From assembly GCA_946965045.2 (NCBI GenBank), contig OX337236.1, forward strand, positions 2,046,001-2,110,000: a stretch of 64,000 bases of DNA. Reading direction: 5' to 3'. Below the pieces are notes generated by a model. That model was not told where the DNA came from. It did no database searches and saw nothing but the letters and a program-made list of their open reading frames with translations. Made by a program: the position numbers and the translations under genes. Positions 10,843-22,049 of this stretch are shown piece by piece (position 1 is the first letter of the stretch; each line of letters begins with the position of its first letter). The stretch is from Epithemia pelagica. Its lineage: Eukaryota > Protista > Bacillariophyta.

Positions 10843-13800
10843 CGCCAGGCATCAGTGGTTACTTGTGGGGCCAGGCGTGAGGTGACCACTGACAAGACGG
10901 TGGATTGTAGCATAGGAAACATGGGAATCAGCACTGGGAATGGGAATGATGTTGCATGCAACGAAATGGATACGATGGCAGACACCTCCTGCGCTGGTGT
11001 CAATTGGACACTCATGGAAACAACAGGAATGGAATGCAAGGTTAGTGACTTTATGGGACAACAGGTAGGAGGTCAATACGTACCGATAGCGACATGTGCC
11101 ACATGCATCCGAGAGAAAAGTACAGGAGTAGAATACATCTTAATCGGCCACCAAATGTTGTGGTTTGGTAGCGCACTAAAGAAGACTCTCTTGAATCAAA
11201 ATCAAATTCGGTATTGTGGGCATGTGGTTCGCGATGACCCCACAAGGAAGGAGGACGAAGGATTTGGCATCACGGCCGACGGGTTATATATTCCCTTCGA
11301 GATACAGGGGACGACTATTTACTTTGAGTCCCGCGCGCCTACCAAGCATGAAATTGAGACTTTACCTGCGGTGACTTTGACGCGTCAAGAGTTATGGGAC
11401 CCAAAAAGTGTGGATTTGAGCTTACACAATCGTAGCCCGCTAGATGATGCACGTGAAGAAATCTCACTCGAAATTGGCGCGGTCTCTAGCGCATGCGATC
11501 CTGTGGCCGTGGGGCAGCGACTCGACAGTCTCAGATCGGTCGGCGGTCTCGGCTCGGACCGTCACTCGACCGTTTCACCGGAAAATCTCAGCAAGAAATG
11601 GAAGATTGGGTTGGAAACCGCGCGGAAAACCCTCCGCGTCACCACCCAACAGGGTATCCGGACAGCTGTCACGCCTATAACGCGACGATATCGTGTTGAC
11701 AACTTGGCATTGCATCGGAATAGATTGAATAGTCGGTTCTATACGGATACGCTTTTCGCTCGGACGACATCACTTTCGGGACACAAATGTGCGCAAGTAT
11801 TCACGGACGGACAGTACACGGCCGTTTACCCACTCGCTTCCAAGGCACATGTCGGCCAAGCATTGGCCCGTTTTATTGATGAAGTTGGGGTTCCGGATGG
11901 TCTGACGGCGGATTTGGCCGGCGAGCAAACGGGGGCCGCCACGCAGTTCACGAAATTAAGCCGCTTCCATCGAATTGACCTCAAATGGGCCGAAAAGGGC
12001 ACGAGCAAGCAGAACCATCGTGCCGAGCGAGAGATCGGGCTTCTCAAACAACGATGGCATCGCCGCATGGTTGATTGTCGGGTTCCTCGTCGTCTGTGGG
12101 ATTATGGGTTGGTTCATGAGTCGGGTGTACTTAGTCGCGTCGCCCGGGGACATGACAGCCGCAGCGGCATAGAACGACTTACAGGCGAGACACCCGACAT
12201 CTCGGAGTGGATCGATTTCCAGTTTTTCGATATTGTCTGGTATCATGACAATACCAAAGCCGATACGTCGGATGAACATCGTCACCTTGGGTTCTGGCTG
12301 GGGATAGCGCATCGAATTGGCAGCGACCTTTGTTATTGGATTCTCACTAAAGCAGGAAAAGTGTTGGCAAGGACAACCGTGCAACATGTGACGGAGCAGG
12401 AACAGGCGAAACCAGCCATCACGGCAAAGATTCAAGAGTTCCGGTTGATTGTTGAGCAGCGCCTCGATGATACGAATTTTGTGGATTGGGAGAGCAAGGG
12501 ACCAGGATTTTTGGAGGACGTAGAGGAACCGGTCGAGGACGACACTCAAGTAAAAGGTGTAATTCCGACGGATGAAGAATACGGGAAGATGATCCAGGAA
12601 CCGAAGCCAGAAGCGGACGACCTTGGCGAGGAGTATGACAACTACTTGGGGGCGCAAATCCAGTTAGACGTTGGCGGTGAAACGTTGCTCGGGACGGTAG
12701 TGAAGAGGAAGAAAGGGTTAGATGGCAAACCAATCGGAACGAGGCACAAGAATCCACTCTTTGACAGTAGAGCTTACGATGTGAGTTTCCCTGGAGGTGT
12801 CATCCAGGAATACACCGCCAATGTCATTGCGGAGTCGCTGTATTCGCAGCTGGATGATCAAGGTCGACAGTTCGCAGTCATGAGCGAGATCATTGGGCAC
12901 AGGAAAAACGGGGACGCCGTTGGGAAGGACGACGGTTTCATAGTGTCCAAGAATGGGAACAAGGTACCAAGAAGAACGACGAAAGGGTGGGAAATTGCGA
13001 TTGAATGGAAGGATGGGAGTCAGTCATGGATACCGCTTCGGGAAGCAAAGGACGGATACCCCATAGAGTTAGCAGAATATATAGTCGCACAAGGGTTAGA
13101 GCAGGAACCGGCATTCCACTGGTGGGTGCCACGTGTCATGAATCACAAACGAAGGATCATAAACAAGGTCGTTGGGAAAAAGAAGAAGCAGAAGAAGTAT
13201 TGGAAACTGACACACAAGTATGGGGTGCGACTGCCACATTCCGTGGAAGAGGCGTTACAGTTTGACAAAGAGACGGGGACGACGTTCTGGCGGGACGCGA
13301 TCGCGAAGGAACTAGGAGTCGTGAAGGTGGCCTGGGAGGCTCGCGACGATCTCGTGCTTGCGGAGGTGCGAGCAGGGCGACAGCTAATAGGGTACACGGA
13401 AATCAAGTGCCACATGGTTTTCGATGTGAAGATGGACCTGACGAGAAAAGCCAGATTGGTGGCTGGTGGGCACATGACAGATGCCCCATCAAGTCTTACT
13501 TATTCGAGCGTTGTGAGTCGCGATTCAATTCGGATAGCGTTTCTAATCGCAGCCTTGAATGACCTAGACGTACTGGCTTGTGACATTGGAAATGCCTACC
13601 TTAATGCGCCATGTCGCGAGAAGATTTGGTTCCTAGGTGGAGCGGAAGTGGGTTCAGAGTTTCAAGGGAAGGTGTGCGTGATGACAAGAGCGCTTTACGG
13701 GCTAAAATCCTCGGGAGCCAGTTGGCGAGCGACGCTGGTGAGCACTCTCTATGACATGGGATATGTTGATACCAAGGCGGATCCATGTGTCCTACGACGG

Positions 13801-14997
13801 GAACGAAAGCGTGACAATGGGGAACCGTACTATGAGCTGATTTTAGTTTACGTTGATGACATCTTGCTTGTCAGCCACAAGCCTGAACCAGTGTTTGAGG
13901 AGATAGACCGCCATTACAAGATAAAGAAAGGGAGTATCGGACCACCGACCACGTACCTGGGGGCGCAGGTGTACCAACACAACCTGCCCACAGGGGGAAC
14001 GGCATGGGGTATGTCCAGCGAGAAGTACGTAAATAACGCGATCAAAGTGGTGGAGCAATTGTTGCTGGAAGACGGGGACGGAAAACATCTCAAAACAACT
14101 GCGCGGGTACCAATCGAAACTTCGTACAAGCCCGAGCTTGATACTTCTGAGGAGCTGGATGATAAGATGAGAGCTCGGTACCAACAGCTGATTGGTGTGT
14201 TGAGATGGGCGGTCGAGATTGGCCGCGTGGATATCTACTTGGAAGTTTCGATCATGTCACAGTATCTAGCAAATCCGCGGAAGGGACATCTTGAAGCTGT
14301 GTATTGCGTGTTTTCATTCCTCAAATCTCACCCGAAGCTCAAGATGGTATTCGACCCTGTCACAGTGAAGCTAGACGAGAGTTGTTTCGCGCAGACACCG
14401 ATCGAAGAGTGGAAAGAGTTTTACGGGGACGTAGCGGAAGAAGTACCAGCAGACATGCCGACACCACTTGGGAATCCGGTGGAAATCACGTGCTTCGTGG
14501 ACGCAGATCACGCTGGGAATGTCGTCACGCGTCGATCCCACACAGGCATATTGGTGTTCTTGCAGAACGCTCCGATCCTTTGGTTCTCAAAACGCCAAAA
14601 TACCGTGGAAACATCCAGTTTCGGGAGCGAATTCGTGGCGATGAGAATCGCCAAAGAGTTGATTGTTGGGATGCGGTATAAGTTGCGAATGTTCGGTGTT
14701 CCGGTTGTCGGTCCGGCCAATATTCTCTGTGACAATCGAGGCGTTGTCAAAAATACCAGCATACCTTCATCCATCCTGAGCAAGCGACATAACGCCATCA
14801 ACTATCATTCGGTCCGTGAAGCGGCAGCCGCAGGAATCGTCAGAGTCGGCAAGGAAGACACGGAGACCAACATTGCTGACTTGTTTACCAAGATGCTTCC
14901 CCAGAGTCGAAGAAATAACTTGATCTCACAGTTCACATATTCATCGGCATTTGGGGACCGGGGACCTCCCTCACAACCGCGGGGGACAACAAAGTGA
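10843..14997 (+). CDS. pol: Copia Pol (protease-integrase-RT-RNase H), in frame with gag behind a single TGA
   Basis: Protease EMDTMADTSCAG; integrase FYTDT..LTADLAGE..AEREI; RT KARLVAGGH, DIGNAYL, LYGLKSSG, YVDD; RNase H FVDADHAG, AEFV-like SEFVA, CDN, NIADLFTK. Confidence 0.95.
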   Translation, partial: RQASVVTCGARREVTTDKTVDCSIGNMGISTGNGNDVACNEMDTMADTSCAGVNWTLMETTGMECKVSDFMGQQVGGQYVPIATCATCIREKSTGVEYILIGHQMLWFGSALKKTLLNQNQIRYCGHVVRDDPTRKEDEGFGITADGLYIPFEIQGTTIYFESRAPTKHEIETLPAVTLTRQELWDPKSVDLSLHNRSPLDDAREEISLEIGAVSSACDPVAVGQRLDSLRSVGGLGSDRHSTVSPENLSKKWKIGLETARKTLRVTTQQGIRTAVTPITRRYRVDNLALHRNRLNSRFYTDTLFARTTSLSGHKCAQVFTDGQYTAVYPLASKAHVGQALARFIDEVGVPDGLTADLAGEQTGAATQFTKLSRFHRIDLKWAEKGTSKQNHRAEREIGLLKQRWHRRMVDCRVPRRLWDYGLVHESGVLSRVARGHDSRSGIERLTGETPDISEWIDFQFFDIVWYHDNTKADTSDEHRHLGFWLGIAHRIGSDLCYWILTKAGKVLARTTVQHVTEQEQAKPAITAKIQEFRLIVEQRLDDTNFVDWESKGPGFLEDVEEPVEDDTQVKGVIPTDEEYGKMIQEPKPEADDLGEEYDNYLGAQIQLDVGGETLLGTVVKRKKGLDGKPIGTRHKNPLFDSRAYDVSFPGGVIQEYTANVIAESLYSQLDDQGRQFAVMSEIIGHRKNGDAVGKDDGFIVSKNGNKVPRRTTKGWEIAIEWKDGSQSWIPLREAKDGYPIELAEYIVAQGLEQEPAFHWWVPRVMNHKRRIINKVVGKKKKQKKYWKLTHKYGVRLPHSVEEALQFDKETGTTFWRDAIAKELGVVKVAWEARDDLVLAEVRAGRQLIGYTEIKCHMVFDVKMDLTRKARLVAGGHMTDAPSSLTYSSVVSRDSIRIAFLIAALNDLDVLACDIGNAYLNAPCREKIWFLGGAEVGSEFQGKVCVMTRALYGLKSSGASWRATLVSTLYDMGYVDTKADPCVLRRERKRDNGEPYYELILVYVDDILLVSHKPEPVFEEIDRHYKIKKGSIGPPTTYLGAQVYQHNLPTGGTAWGMSSEKYVNNAIKVVEQLLLEDGDGKHLKTTARVPIETSYKPELDTSEELDDKMRARYQQLIGVLRWAVEIGRVDIYLEVSIMSQYLANPRKGHLEAVYCVFSFLKSHPKLKMVFDPVTVKLDESCFAQTPIEEWKEFYGDVAEEVPADMPTPLGNPVEITCFVDADHAGNVVTRRSHTGILVFLQNAPILWFSKRQNTVETSSFGSEFVAMRIAKELIVGMRYKLRMFGVPVVGPANILCDNRGVVKNTSIPSSILSKRHNAINYHSVREAAAAGIVRVGKEDTETNIADLFTKMLPQSRRNNLISQFTYSSAFGDRGPPSQPRGTTK

Positions 14998-15028
14998 ATT
15001 CTCGGGGTGAGCTACACTTTGCGGGGAC

Positions 15029-15187
15029 TGTCTTATTCGGGTCGTGGGAACAAAACCCGGATATGGGAAATCTTTGGGGGTTTTACCGTTTACATGGTTA
15101 CTATTTTGGGGATCCTTACATTAGTGGTTTAGCCTTATAATATCTTTTAAATTGCACGTTGAATAAGGTATCGACTGGAACAAGACA
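15029..15187 (+). repeat. 3' LTR (159 bp), preceded by a short purine tract GCGGGGAC
   Basis: Direct repeat of 8711-8869 with two substitutions (GGGAATTC/GGGAAATC and GTTAAAT/GTTGAAT). Confidence 0.97.
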
Positions 15188-15350
15188 CATACTCACCGCC
15201 CCCAAAAACGCGCCCCACAATTCTGTCGTGAGGTAGCTCTAGCTACTAAGGCTATCACTTCTAAAAAGCTAGAAGGAGTCATCATTGATGTTAGCATTAG
15301 CGTTTTGTTGCTCCTCTTCTAAGGTACCTTTCCAGGAGTCGATGAAACTG

Positions 15351-18266
15351 TTAAGTGGGACACTTTTCCTCAGTCACTGTTCCTTGGAGCACCAACTGCT
15401 TTTGTAATTGCTGCAGTTGTTCCCGAAGAACACGGTTTTCAACTTCTAGTTGTTTGGTTCGCTGACGTAGTTTTACATCTTCGTCCCCAAGAAAGCGCTC
15501 CTTGGACACAGCGTTGTTCTTATGTTGTTGCGATGGTTGACGGATGTTACCACCACCACTTCCAGGAAAGGACAAGGTGAGGCCGGCACACGAAATCTTG
15601 ACCACGCGTCCAGAATTGGTGCTGGGAGGCGGAACGGGAGATGCGGAACCACTCGGATTCTGGCTGTTCGTGTGAGAGTGAAAGCTTCCCATACTCCGAA
15701 CCAATGGATGTGGACGGTTGCTGCTGGTGAACGACTCAACATCATCGTACCAGTCATTGTCAGCGTCGTGGACGTTTCCCAATCGATGCTCTAGTCGATT
15801 CAAACAATCGTCAATCACCTTTTCCAAGCGGAGAGTATCTCGAATCGCATTCAAAAAGGGCCACGTGACAATTTCCCCATACTTGATGTAAACCTTCATA
15901 TCCTCTTCAGTTGGATTGGACAAGGTCCTCAACCCAAAGGTTTGTGTCGTCGTCAATCGGGGAACTATGGTCAAGTTTCCGTGATACTTTTGTTCAAAAG
16001 CCTTGCTCATGTCTTGGCCAAATATTTTCGGGAACAGGCCTAAACGACTCAGCTTGAGCGCTCGACTCCGAATATCCCATTCCACCAACAGCAAAAGTCG
16101 ACGGTAGAGGGACTTTTGATCAGGATGAAGTTCCTTATTCAATAACGGGACAATGTGAAAATTGGTTTGAGAGACAATAAAGTTGGAAACGGCAAACATG
16201 GTGGCAATGCGTTGAAAGGGAATGTCGGCTTGGACGGATCCGTCAATCCATTCTACACCATCGACTTCAAAGGGTTCCAGCTCACCCTGTGAGTTTTTGG
16301 TCATGAGACTAGTCGGGGCCATGACACCTGGCAAAGCACAAGAGGCAGCCACTGCACTTGCCAAGGTCACACGGGGGGTGGAGATGTGATTGAGCAACAA
16401 TCGTTGCAAGGCCGATTCGGCATTTGCCCGACTGGCAGACACTGAAATACACACATGTTTGCCAGTTCGTTCAAAGGCTTCTTCAAAGGTCATGTCACCG
16501 TAGTAAAACTTACAGGTACGTCGAAATTCATTAATATCAATCAATAGCTTGTGTTTGAGAAAATGAGCCACCATTTCCATGGCGGTAGGGAACCAACGAA
16601 TGTTTTGTTTCCCTTGCTCACCGGTCAAACCAAAATCGGTACTCACATGAGAAACGCAAACTTGCTGAAACAATTCTTCGGGTGTCTTGATGGCACACAT
16701 GGCCGCCGTAATGGAGCCGCCCGAAGTTCCCGAAATCACGGAAATGTCCTGATACAATTTGGATTCAATCAAGGCCTTCAAGACTCCTATATGGTACATG
16801 GCTTGTGCACCCCCTCCTGACAACATGAGAGCTGTTCGTCCCATATTGTGTTTCATTTTTCGAACGACGCGGACCCGTTCCGAAAGTTCTTCATTTTCCA
16901 GTTGTTCTTGAAGTGAGGAGGACCAAGAGGCTGCTTCGGAAGGAGGTGGTGAAGTTGGTGACAATGGGCGATCATGGTCCAGTGTTTGTGGTGTTGGTTG
17001 CTGTGCTGGAGGTGGCGGTGGTACAAAGGCTGGTGCATCGGCTAAGAAGTCCAATCCTTTTTGCACTTGATCATAAAAGGCCCGAATCACTTGCCGCGAT
17101 TTATTGGACAAGCCGTATCGTCCTGTATTGTTAATGGTCTGGGCATTGTCGACCAACAGGCTATCCAAGTGCAAGTGATTCCGTTTCATTACGGCAGACA
17201 ACAAATACTTGAGTCGGTTCCAGGCTTCTTCCAAATCCTTGTGGTGATTGTTTCGGTTGCCATGGTCGTCTCCATCCGTTTGACGATCCAAAGTGCCCGC
17301 GACTTGTTGTCGGCAGCGTTCAATCTCCCGTCGGGCATCCAAAAGCCTTTCCGTCGTGTTCACCAACAAGTAGCCTACACGTTCCCCCAATTCCGCTGAA
17401 ACCACTGGATCAACATTGTTGTTATTGCTATCTTCTTCAAAGGAGGATACATCCTGGGTTGTAGCCACGGTATGATCATCATCCTGTGCAGAACGAGACG
17501 AAAAGAAGCTCGTCAAACTTCCAAATGATTTGGATCGTCCCTTTCGACCAAGAGTGGTGAACGAAGAAGACATGGCTGTAGTGCTTCTAGATGCCGACGA
17601 CGAAGAAGAGGAAGCACGGGATGATGGTGAGCCATCGAAGGAAGTGGATCGGATCATTGCGTTTGCTTTTCTAGTTGGTGAAGCAGAGCATTCCAAACCT
17701 CCCTTATTGCTTTCTTGAGGCTCCTCCTCTTTGGGTTCAATCCGAATTTTCAAAAAGTTTTCATACGAGCCAGCGGCATCCAAACGTTGACGCCAGTACC
17801 GTCGTCGACTCATCTTGTGTTGTTTCTTGTTGATGGCTGACAGATTGGTCAAGAAAATGTGACAGGCCATGCTGTAGGACTTGAGCAAGAAAAAGCCACA
17901 CAAATCTCCCGTAATCATGACAAATTGATACCCCACATACACAAACTGTAAACAGCCGAGTAAAAAGCTCGTCACGAGCCAAATGATCCAGGTTGAGGCC
18001 GCCATAAAGGCGTAGAGGAGGGATACCAGGAGGGGCCAAAAGACGAGTGCCACAGCCAAGAGGGGAAGCAATGCATTGCGTGGAATGGCTGTCCACCACC
18101 ACCACCAAGAGCTGGATGTAACATCCCATTTCAAACCCTCGTGCAAGGCGTGAAACAGAGTGTTCAAGTCCGAAAGACGACTGGTACTCATCCATTCCAT
18201 GCGAGTCCACAAGGACGACAACGTTTGTTCCACCACAGTGAGCAATTCATCCAAAATTGGTGACAT
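15351..18266 (-). CDS. Patatin-domain triacylglycerol lipase (SDP1/TGL3-like)
   Basis: SGGGAQAMYHIG oxyanion loop, GTSGGS nucleophile elbow, ASCALPG and WIDGS, plus an N-terminal hydrophobic segment. Start placed at the ATG of MSPILDELL. Confidence 0.9.
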   Translation of the reverse strand: MSPILDELLTVVEQTLSSLWTRMEWMSTSRLSDLNTLFHALHEGLKWDVTSSSWWWWWTAIPRNALLPLLAVALVFWPLLVSLLYAFMAASTWIIWLVTSFLLGCLQFVYVGYQFVMITGDLCGFFLLKSYSMACHIFLTNLSAINKKQHKMSRRRYWRQRLDAAGSYENFLKIRIEPKEEEPQESNKGGLECSASPTRKANAMIRSTSFDGSPSSRASSSSSSASRSTTAMSSSFTTLGRKGRSKSFGSLTSFFSSRSAQDDDHTVATTQDVSSFEEDSNNNNVDPVVSAELGERVGYLLVNTTERLLDARREIERCRQQVAGTLDRQTDGDDHGNRNNHHKDLEEAWNRLKYLLSAVMKRNHLHLDSLLVDNAQTINNTGRYGLSNKSRQVIRAFYDQVQKGLDFLADAPAFVPPPPPAQQPTPQTLDHDRPLSPTSPPPSEAASWSSSLQEQLENEELSERVRVVRKMKHNMGRTALMLSGGGAQAMYHIGVLKALIESKLYQDISVISGTSGGSITAAMCAIKTPEELFQQVCVSHVSTDFGLTGEQGKQNIRWFPTAMEMVAHFLKHKLLIDINEFRRTCKFYYGDMTFEEAFERTGKHVCISVSASRANAESALQRLLLNHISTPRVTLASAVAASCALPGVMAPTSLMTKNSQGELEPFEVDGVEWIDGSVQADIPFQRIATMFAVSNFIVSQTNFHIVPLLNKELHPDQKSLYRRLLLLVEWDIRSRALKLSRLGLFPKIFGQDMSKAFEQKYHGNLTIVPRLTTTQTFGLRTLSNPTEEDMKVYIKYGEIVTWPFLNAIRDTLRLEKVIDDCLNRLEHRLGNVHDADNDWYDDVESFTSSNRPHPLVRSMGSFHSHTNSQNPSGSASPVPPPSTNSGRVVKISCAGLTLSFPGSGGGNIRQPSQQHKNNAVSKERFLGDEDVKLRQRTKQLEVENRVLREQLQQLQKQLVLQGTVTEEKCPT

Positions 18267-19525
18267 GGTGTTGAAGTAAAGCAACCCCAAAAACTCAAGA
18301 TTCCATTAAAACTTGTATGGTGATGGATGATGTTGTCGTAGTTTGCCACAGCAACCAACAGGAAGGAGATATGTGAACCACAAAGAAGTACCAAGAAGGT
18401 AGGAGTAAGAGTGCCACGAAGGTCACCTAGAAAAGGTACGCATTCGCTCAGAACAAGATGTGGGCTGGCTTGTTTGACCCTAGAGAGAAGAATATGATGG
18501 TTTGCTACGTTCTCAGGGGGAATGATAGAGTGTGACCATGATAGAAAATTCGTGTGTCAAGAAAAAGAAGTTACTCGACACTCAAGGCAACGCAATTCAG
18601 TTCACCGACACAATTGTCACGAAACATCAACGATGCAAGCGAACGGCTCTTCGTGATTTGAAGATACATCTGTGCGAGGCGAGTGATGTGTTTGGATGAT
18701 GGATGGCGCATCATCCATCACAATCACAGTGCCAAGCTCTATGTCGAGATAGACACTCATCTCTCAATTCTCCATCTGCCGATCGGGGTCTCGGTGTGAT
18801 GGGAAGAACCCTCAACGATTTGATTGGTTCCATGACGTACGACACGTGGATCTTAAGACGTGTTATCTGCGTTCTAAAAGTGATCAAAGGACGATCGAAG
18901 TACCTCACGGACTGACGGACTGACATTCGCTCGAGCGCGCGCATGCCACCTGCGCCCCCAACGCAACGCCCGAGTCTTTCTCTCCCATATTTTATCGTTC
19001 TTTTTCCTTCGTCTCTCTCTCGTCTCATTCATGCGGGCCCATTCTACTTTTTTGTATGGATGCGCCCTCACGAGAGAGACTTAGTGTTTCAGTCAAAGGT
19101 TCTCTTGCTCTTATTAGTCGCAATCACTTTGGAATAGACAAAGGAGAAGCAGTAAACAAGAATCAAATTGCTGTTCGGTGACCCGCTTGTCATTGCAACA
19201 GCAAAACGAGTTTGTTGCTCATCGATCCCACCAAGGAAGAGTGATTGTAGGTGCGGAAGTCAAAGTAGTGGCAGAATCATTATTTTTCTTGAGACGCTAC
19301 GTCTTGTGCGATCTCCTGCTGATCATTCGGCAGGTGGAACGAAAAGGAAGCTGATAAAACACGACACAAGCAACAAGTGACGACTTGGAGGTGTTCTAGT
19401 TGGAGTGTTGGTGTAAAACAGAACGAAACCAAAGAGCACCTTATAGTTGTAGCGTGGAGAGACGAATTGAACGCACCATCTACCAATTCACTTATACGCT
19501 TAGTGAAGACAGAGAAACGAAAACA

Positions 19526-21079
19526 ATGAGAGTCACTTCTGGGACGATAAATGACAATCCCTGGGAAGGAGTGGAACGAGACGAAGAAGAACCCATGATG
19601 CGTTCCTCCTCATCCTCGCCACCACAACCACAAAGAACGACGACCACAAATTGGCGTCAACGTCTTCTGGAACAACGACGGCGTCATTTTACCTGCACCG
19701 ATTGGACCCTCCATTCCCTGGTGCAGGGCTTTTTGGGTTTGGATGTCTTTGGTTGTCTCTTTTGGCTCATCTATGGTCTCGTCCTGCTCGTTCATCATTC
19801 GCAACAACAAAAAACACACAATGGAAACGACAATTCCAACGACGACGAAGATGATTCAAGCAACAGCACTCTCTTGTATGAGTTTGAGAGTCTCGACAGT
19901 GTTCCTACAAATGGCAGCGGTCGAGCGTCGATGTTGAGTGCGGTGTTACATTCGGCTCAAGTCAATTCGGTCTGGCCTACTGTCTTGGCCTTGGAATTGT
20001 CGCTGTGGTTAGGTCTCCGTGTATTGAGTGTCACAGCTGCCTTGTATTACAGTCATGTGGTTAATTTGTGTGGCTTGCTAATGGCCTCTTACATTTCTGC
20101 CACTCTGGGCGCTCAAACAGTCCTCATGAGCTTGCTCGCTGCCATTTATCGTAAAGGACCATTGAATCAAGTCTCGTGGTGGCGGACGCATTTTCTATTA
20201 AAATCTCAAAACAGTCGTGTCCTCCATCAATGGTTCTTTGACGAATTGGAGCCGTGGTTGTGGCTCTTGTTACTTGTTTTGGCCATTTTGGAATTTCCCA
20301 TTCGCTATTACGTCTATCACCAATATCGACAACGATTACTGCAACAAGAACAAGACGATTTGCGACAAACAGCATTGCTATCACGAGCGGCTACACAACG
20401 GCGACCTTGGTGGTGGTCCTCCAACTCCTTTGCGCATAATCATCGGCCCTCATCGGATCATCCGAATCCACTGCAGCAAGCCTTGTTGGATGACTTTCAA
20501 GGTTTACCGTCGTCAAGGGCACAACAGAGTGGTGGAGACATGGGATTACCTGATTGGGTGAAAGAAGAAAATGATAGCAACTATCAACAAGATCAAATGG
20601 TTGCTCAACAGCAGCAACAACAACAACAACAAGAGGATGAACAATTGTTACTGGCCGACATGACACAACCGGATGCTACTCCTGTAGACGAACCTTCATC
20701 GTCCAACAGTTTCTTGTGGTCGTGGGTTTCGTCCTGGACCACTTCTAGACGGCGGAGGAGTCTCGTCGACGGAGGTAGTAACCTACGAGACGATGGATCG
20801 GTCGATTTTGCTTCGGTCCAAGAAGAATGGGCCAGTCGAACCGAAGAAGATCCCCTGTGGTGGTCTCGAGGAGGAGGAGCGCCCCCTCCCTCCTCTTCAG
20901 CCAGTGCATCTCCCCAACGACAAAGCAAGCATGCCAAGAAATCAAGGGGAGGACGATCCAAAGGAGGAGGAATGACAAATCCTCAAGAAGGAGTTCCTGA
21001 GTTTGTCAACACCGATACCGACAGTCATCGATTTGGCGGCACTACCACGTCGACAGGAAGTGTCGTATCTGAAATCTGA
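19526..21079 (+). CDS. Hypothetical multi-pass membrane protein
   Basis: Long ORF with about four hydrophobic segments and diatom-like low-complexity Q/S tracts. No family recognised. Confidence 0.6.
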   Translation: MRVTSGTINDNPWEGVERDEEEPMMRSSSSSPPQPQRTTTTNWRQRLLEQRRRHFTCTDWTLHSLVQGFLGLDVFGCLFWLIYGLVLLVHHSQQQKTHNGNDNSNDDEDDSSNSTLLYEFESLDSVPTNGSGRASMLSAVLHSAQVNSVWPTVLALELSLWLGLRVLSVTAALYYSHVVNLCGLLMASYISATLGAQTVLMSLLAAIYRKGPLNQVSWWRTHFLLKSQNSRVLHQWFFDELEPWLWLLLLVLAILEFPIRYYVYHQYRQRLLQQEQDDLRQTALLSRAATQRRPWWWSSNSFAHNHRPSSDHPNPLQQALLDDFQGLPSSRAQQSGGDMGLPDWVKEENDSNYQQDQMVAQQQQQQQQQEDEQLLLADMTQPDATPVDEPSSSNSFLWSWVSSWTTSRRRRSLVDGGSNLRDDGSVDFASVQEEWASRTEEDPLWWSRGGGAPPPSSSASASPQRQSKHAKKSRGGRSKGGGMTNPQEGVPEFVNTDTDSHRFGGTTTSTGSVVSEI

Positions 21080-21302
21080 AGCATGCATTGAACCAACCAA
21101 TCGAAGGCATGATTCCAACTTTTGTTTCTGTTTTAGTAAGTAGGGTCTATCGAATAGAACTACGACAATTAGACTACCTAAAGCATTTACAACTTCTCCA
21201 TTTATGATTCCCACAAAAACGTTCTTTTTGCCACCAATTTGATTGCGAAGTTTACCCTAATCTGGTAGCAAGGTCGCCTGCACTTTACGTTCTCAAGTTT
21301 TA

Positions 21303-22049
21303 TTAGTCTCGTCTCGACCGTGATGATCGATCTTCTTGGTCACCTGCTCCATCGCGAGGCGAATCCTCGCCTTCCGGGCTCCCCCGCACTGGTCGACAAC
21401 GATCGTCCTCTAGTTGTTGCTGTTTTCGCTGTTGCTCTTTCTCTTCTCGTCGTCGTTTCTTGGCCTGTCGTCGTTCCGATTCCTCTTTTCGTGCTGCCTG
21501 TCTGCGATCGGCTTCGGCGTCGTCTTCCAAGGATTGCATAAGTGGATAGGGGACGGGTTTGACGTGTAAAAAGTTGCAATAACCGCCTCGTTGACAATTG
21601 CATTCGTCAAAATCTCGACAGCGGGCTTCTCGGAAATCCGTCACGGGCGAATATTCCACCAAAATCAACCGTCCATTGTAATACCGACCGTGCATGACTT
21701 GCAAACAATCCGTGGCTTCTTCCTCATCTCGAAATTTGGCATACAAATGTCCAATCATGTGATCACCCAAATTGTCCGCCACATACAAGCCTTCCAGTCG
21801 TCCGAATTTACTCAATTCCATATACATGTCTTCGTAAAAGGTGAGAAACTCTTCCAGTTGCTCTTCTGGACTCGTACCAACGGCAGGATGTTTAAACAAG
21901 TGCTGAAACAAGAGGGTTTGGGAAAAGGCTGGTTTGTGATGCAACCGACTGCATCGATCAGCATGACGACAGGCACCAATCTTGAAGTAAAAGGGACAAT
22001 TCACCTTGTCCTCTTCGGTCCCATGAATGCGTGCCAAGTGCTTTGCCAT
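21303..22049 (-). CDS. U2AF1: Splicing factor U2AF small subunit (U2AF35)
   Basis: GTEEDKVNCPFYFKIGACRHADRCSRLH (ZnF1), UHM domain (DNLGDHMIGHLY..F..EEEA), ZnF2 CRDFDECNCQRGGYCNFLH, and a basic tail. Confidence 0.97.
   Translation of the reverse strand: MAKHLARIHGTEEDKVNCPFYFKIGACRHADRCSRLHHKPAFSQTLLFQHLFKHPAVGTSPEEQLEEFLTFYEDMYMELSKFGRLEGLYVADNLGDHMIGHLYAKFRDEEEATDCLQVMHGRYYNGRLILVEYSPVTDFREARCRDFDECNCQRGGYCNFLHVKPVPYPLMQSLEDDAEADRRQAARKEESERRQAKKRRREEKEQQRKQQQLEDDRCRPVRGSPEGEDSPRDGAGDQEDRSSRSRRD

Larger units (their letters stand above)
8711..15187 (+). mobile_element. Full-length Ty1/copia LTR retrotransposon (diatom CoDi-like)
   Basis: Two 159-bp TG...CA LTRs, CATA duplicated at both flanks, and gag followed by pol in PR-IN-RT-RH order. 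Confidence 0.97.
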
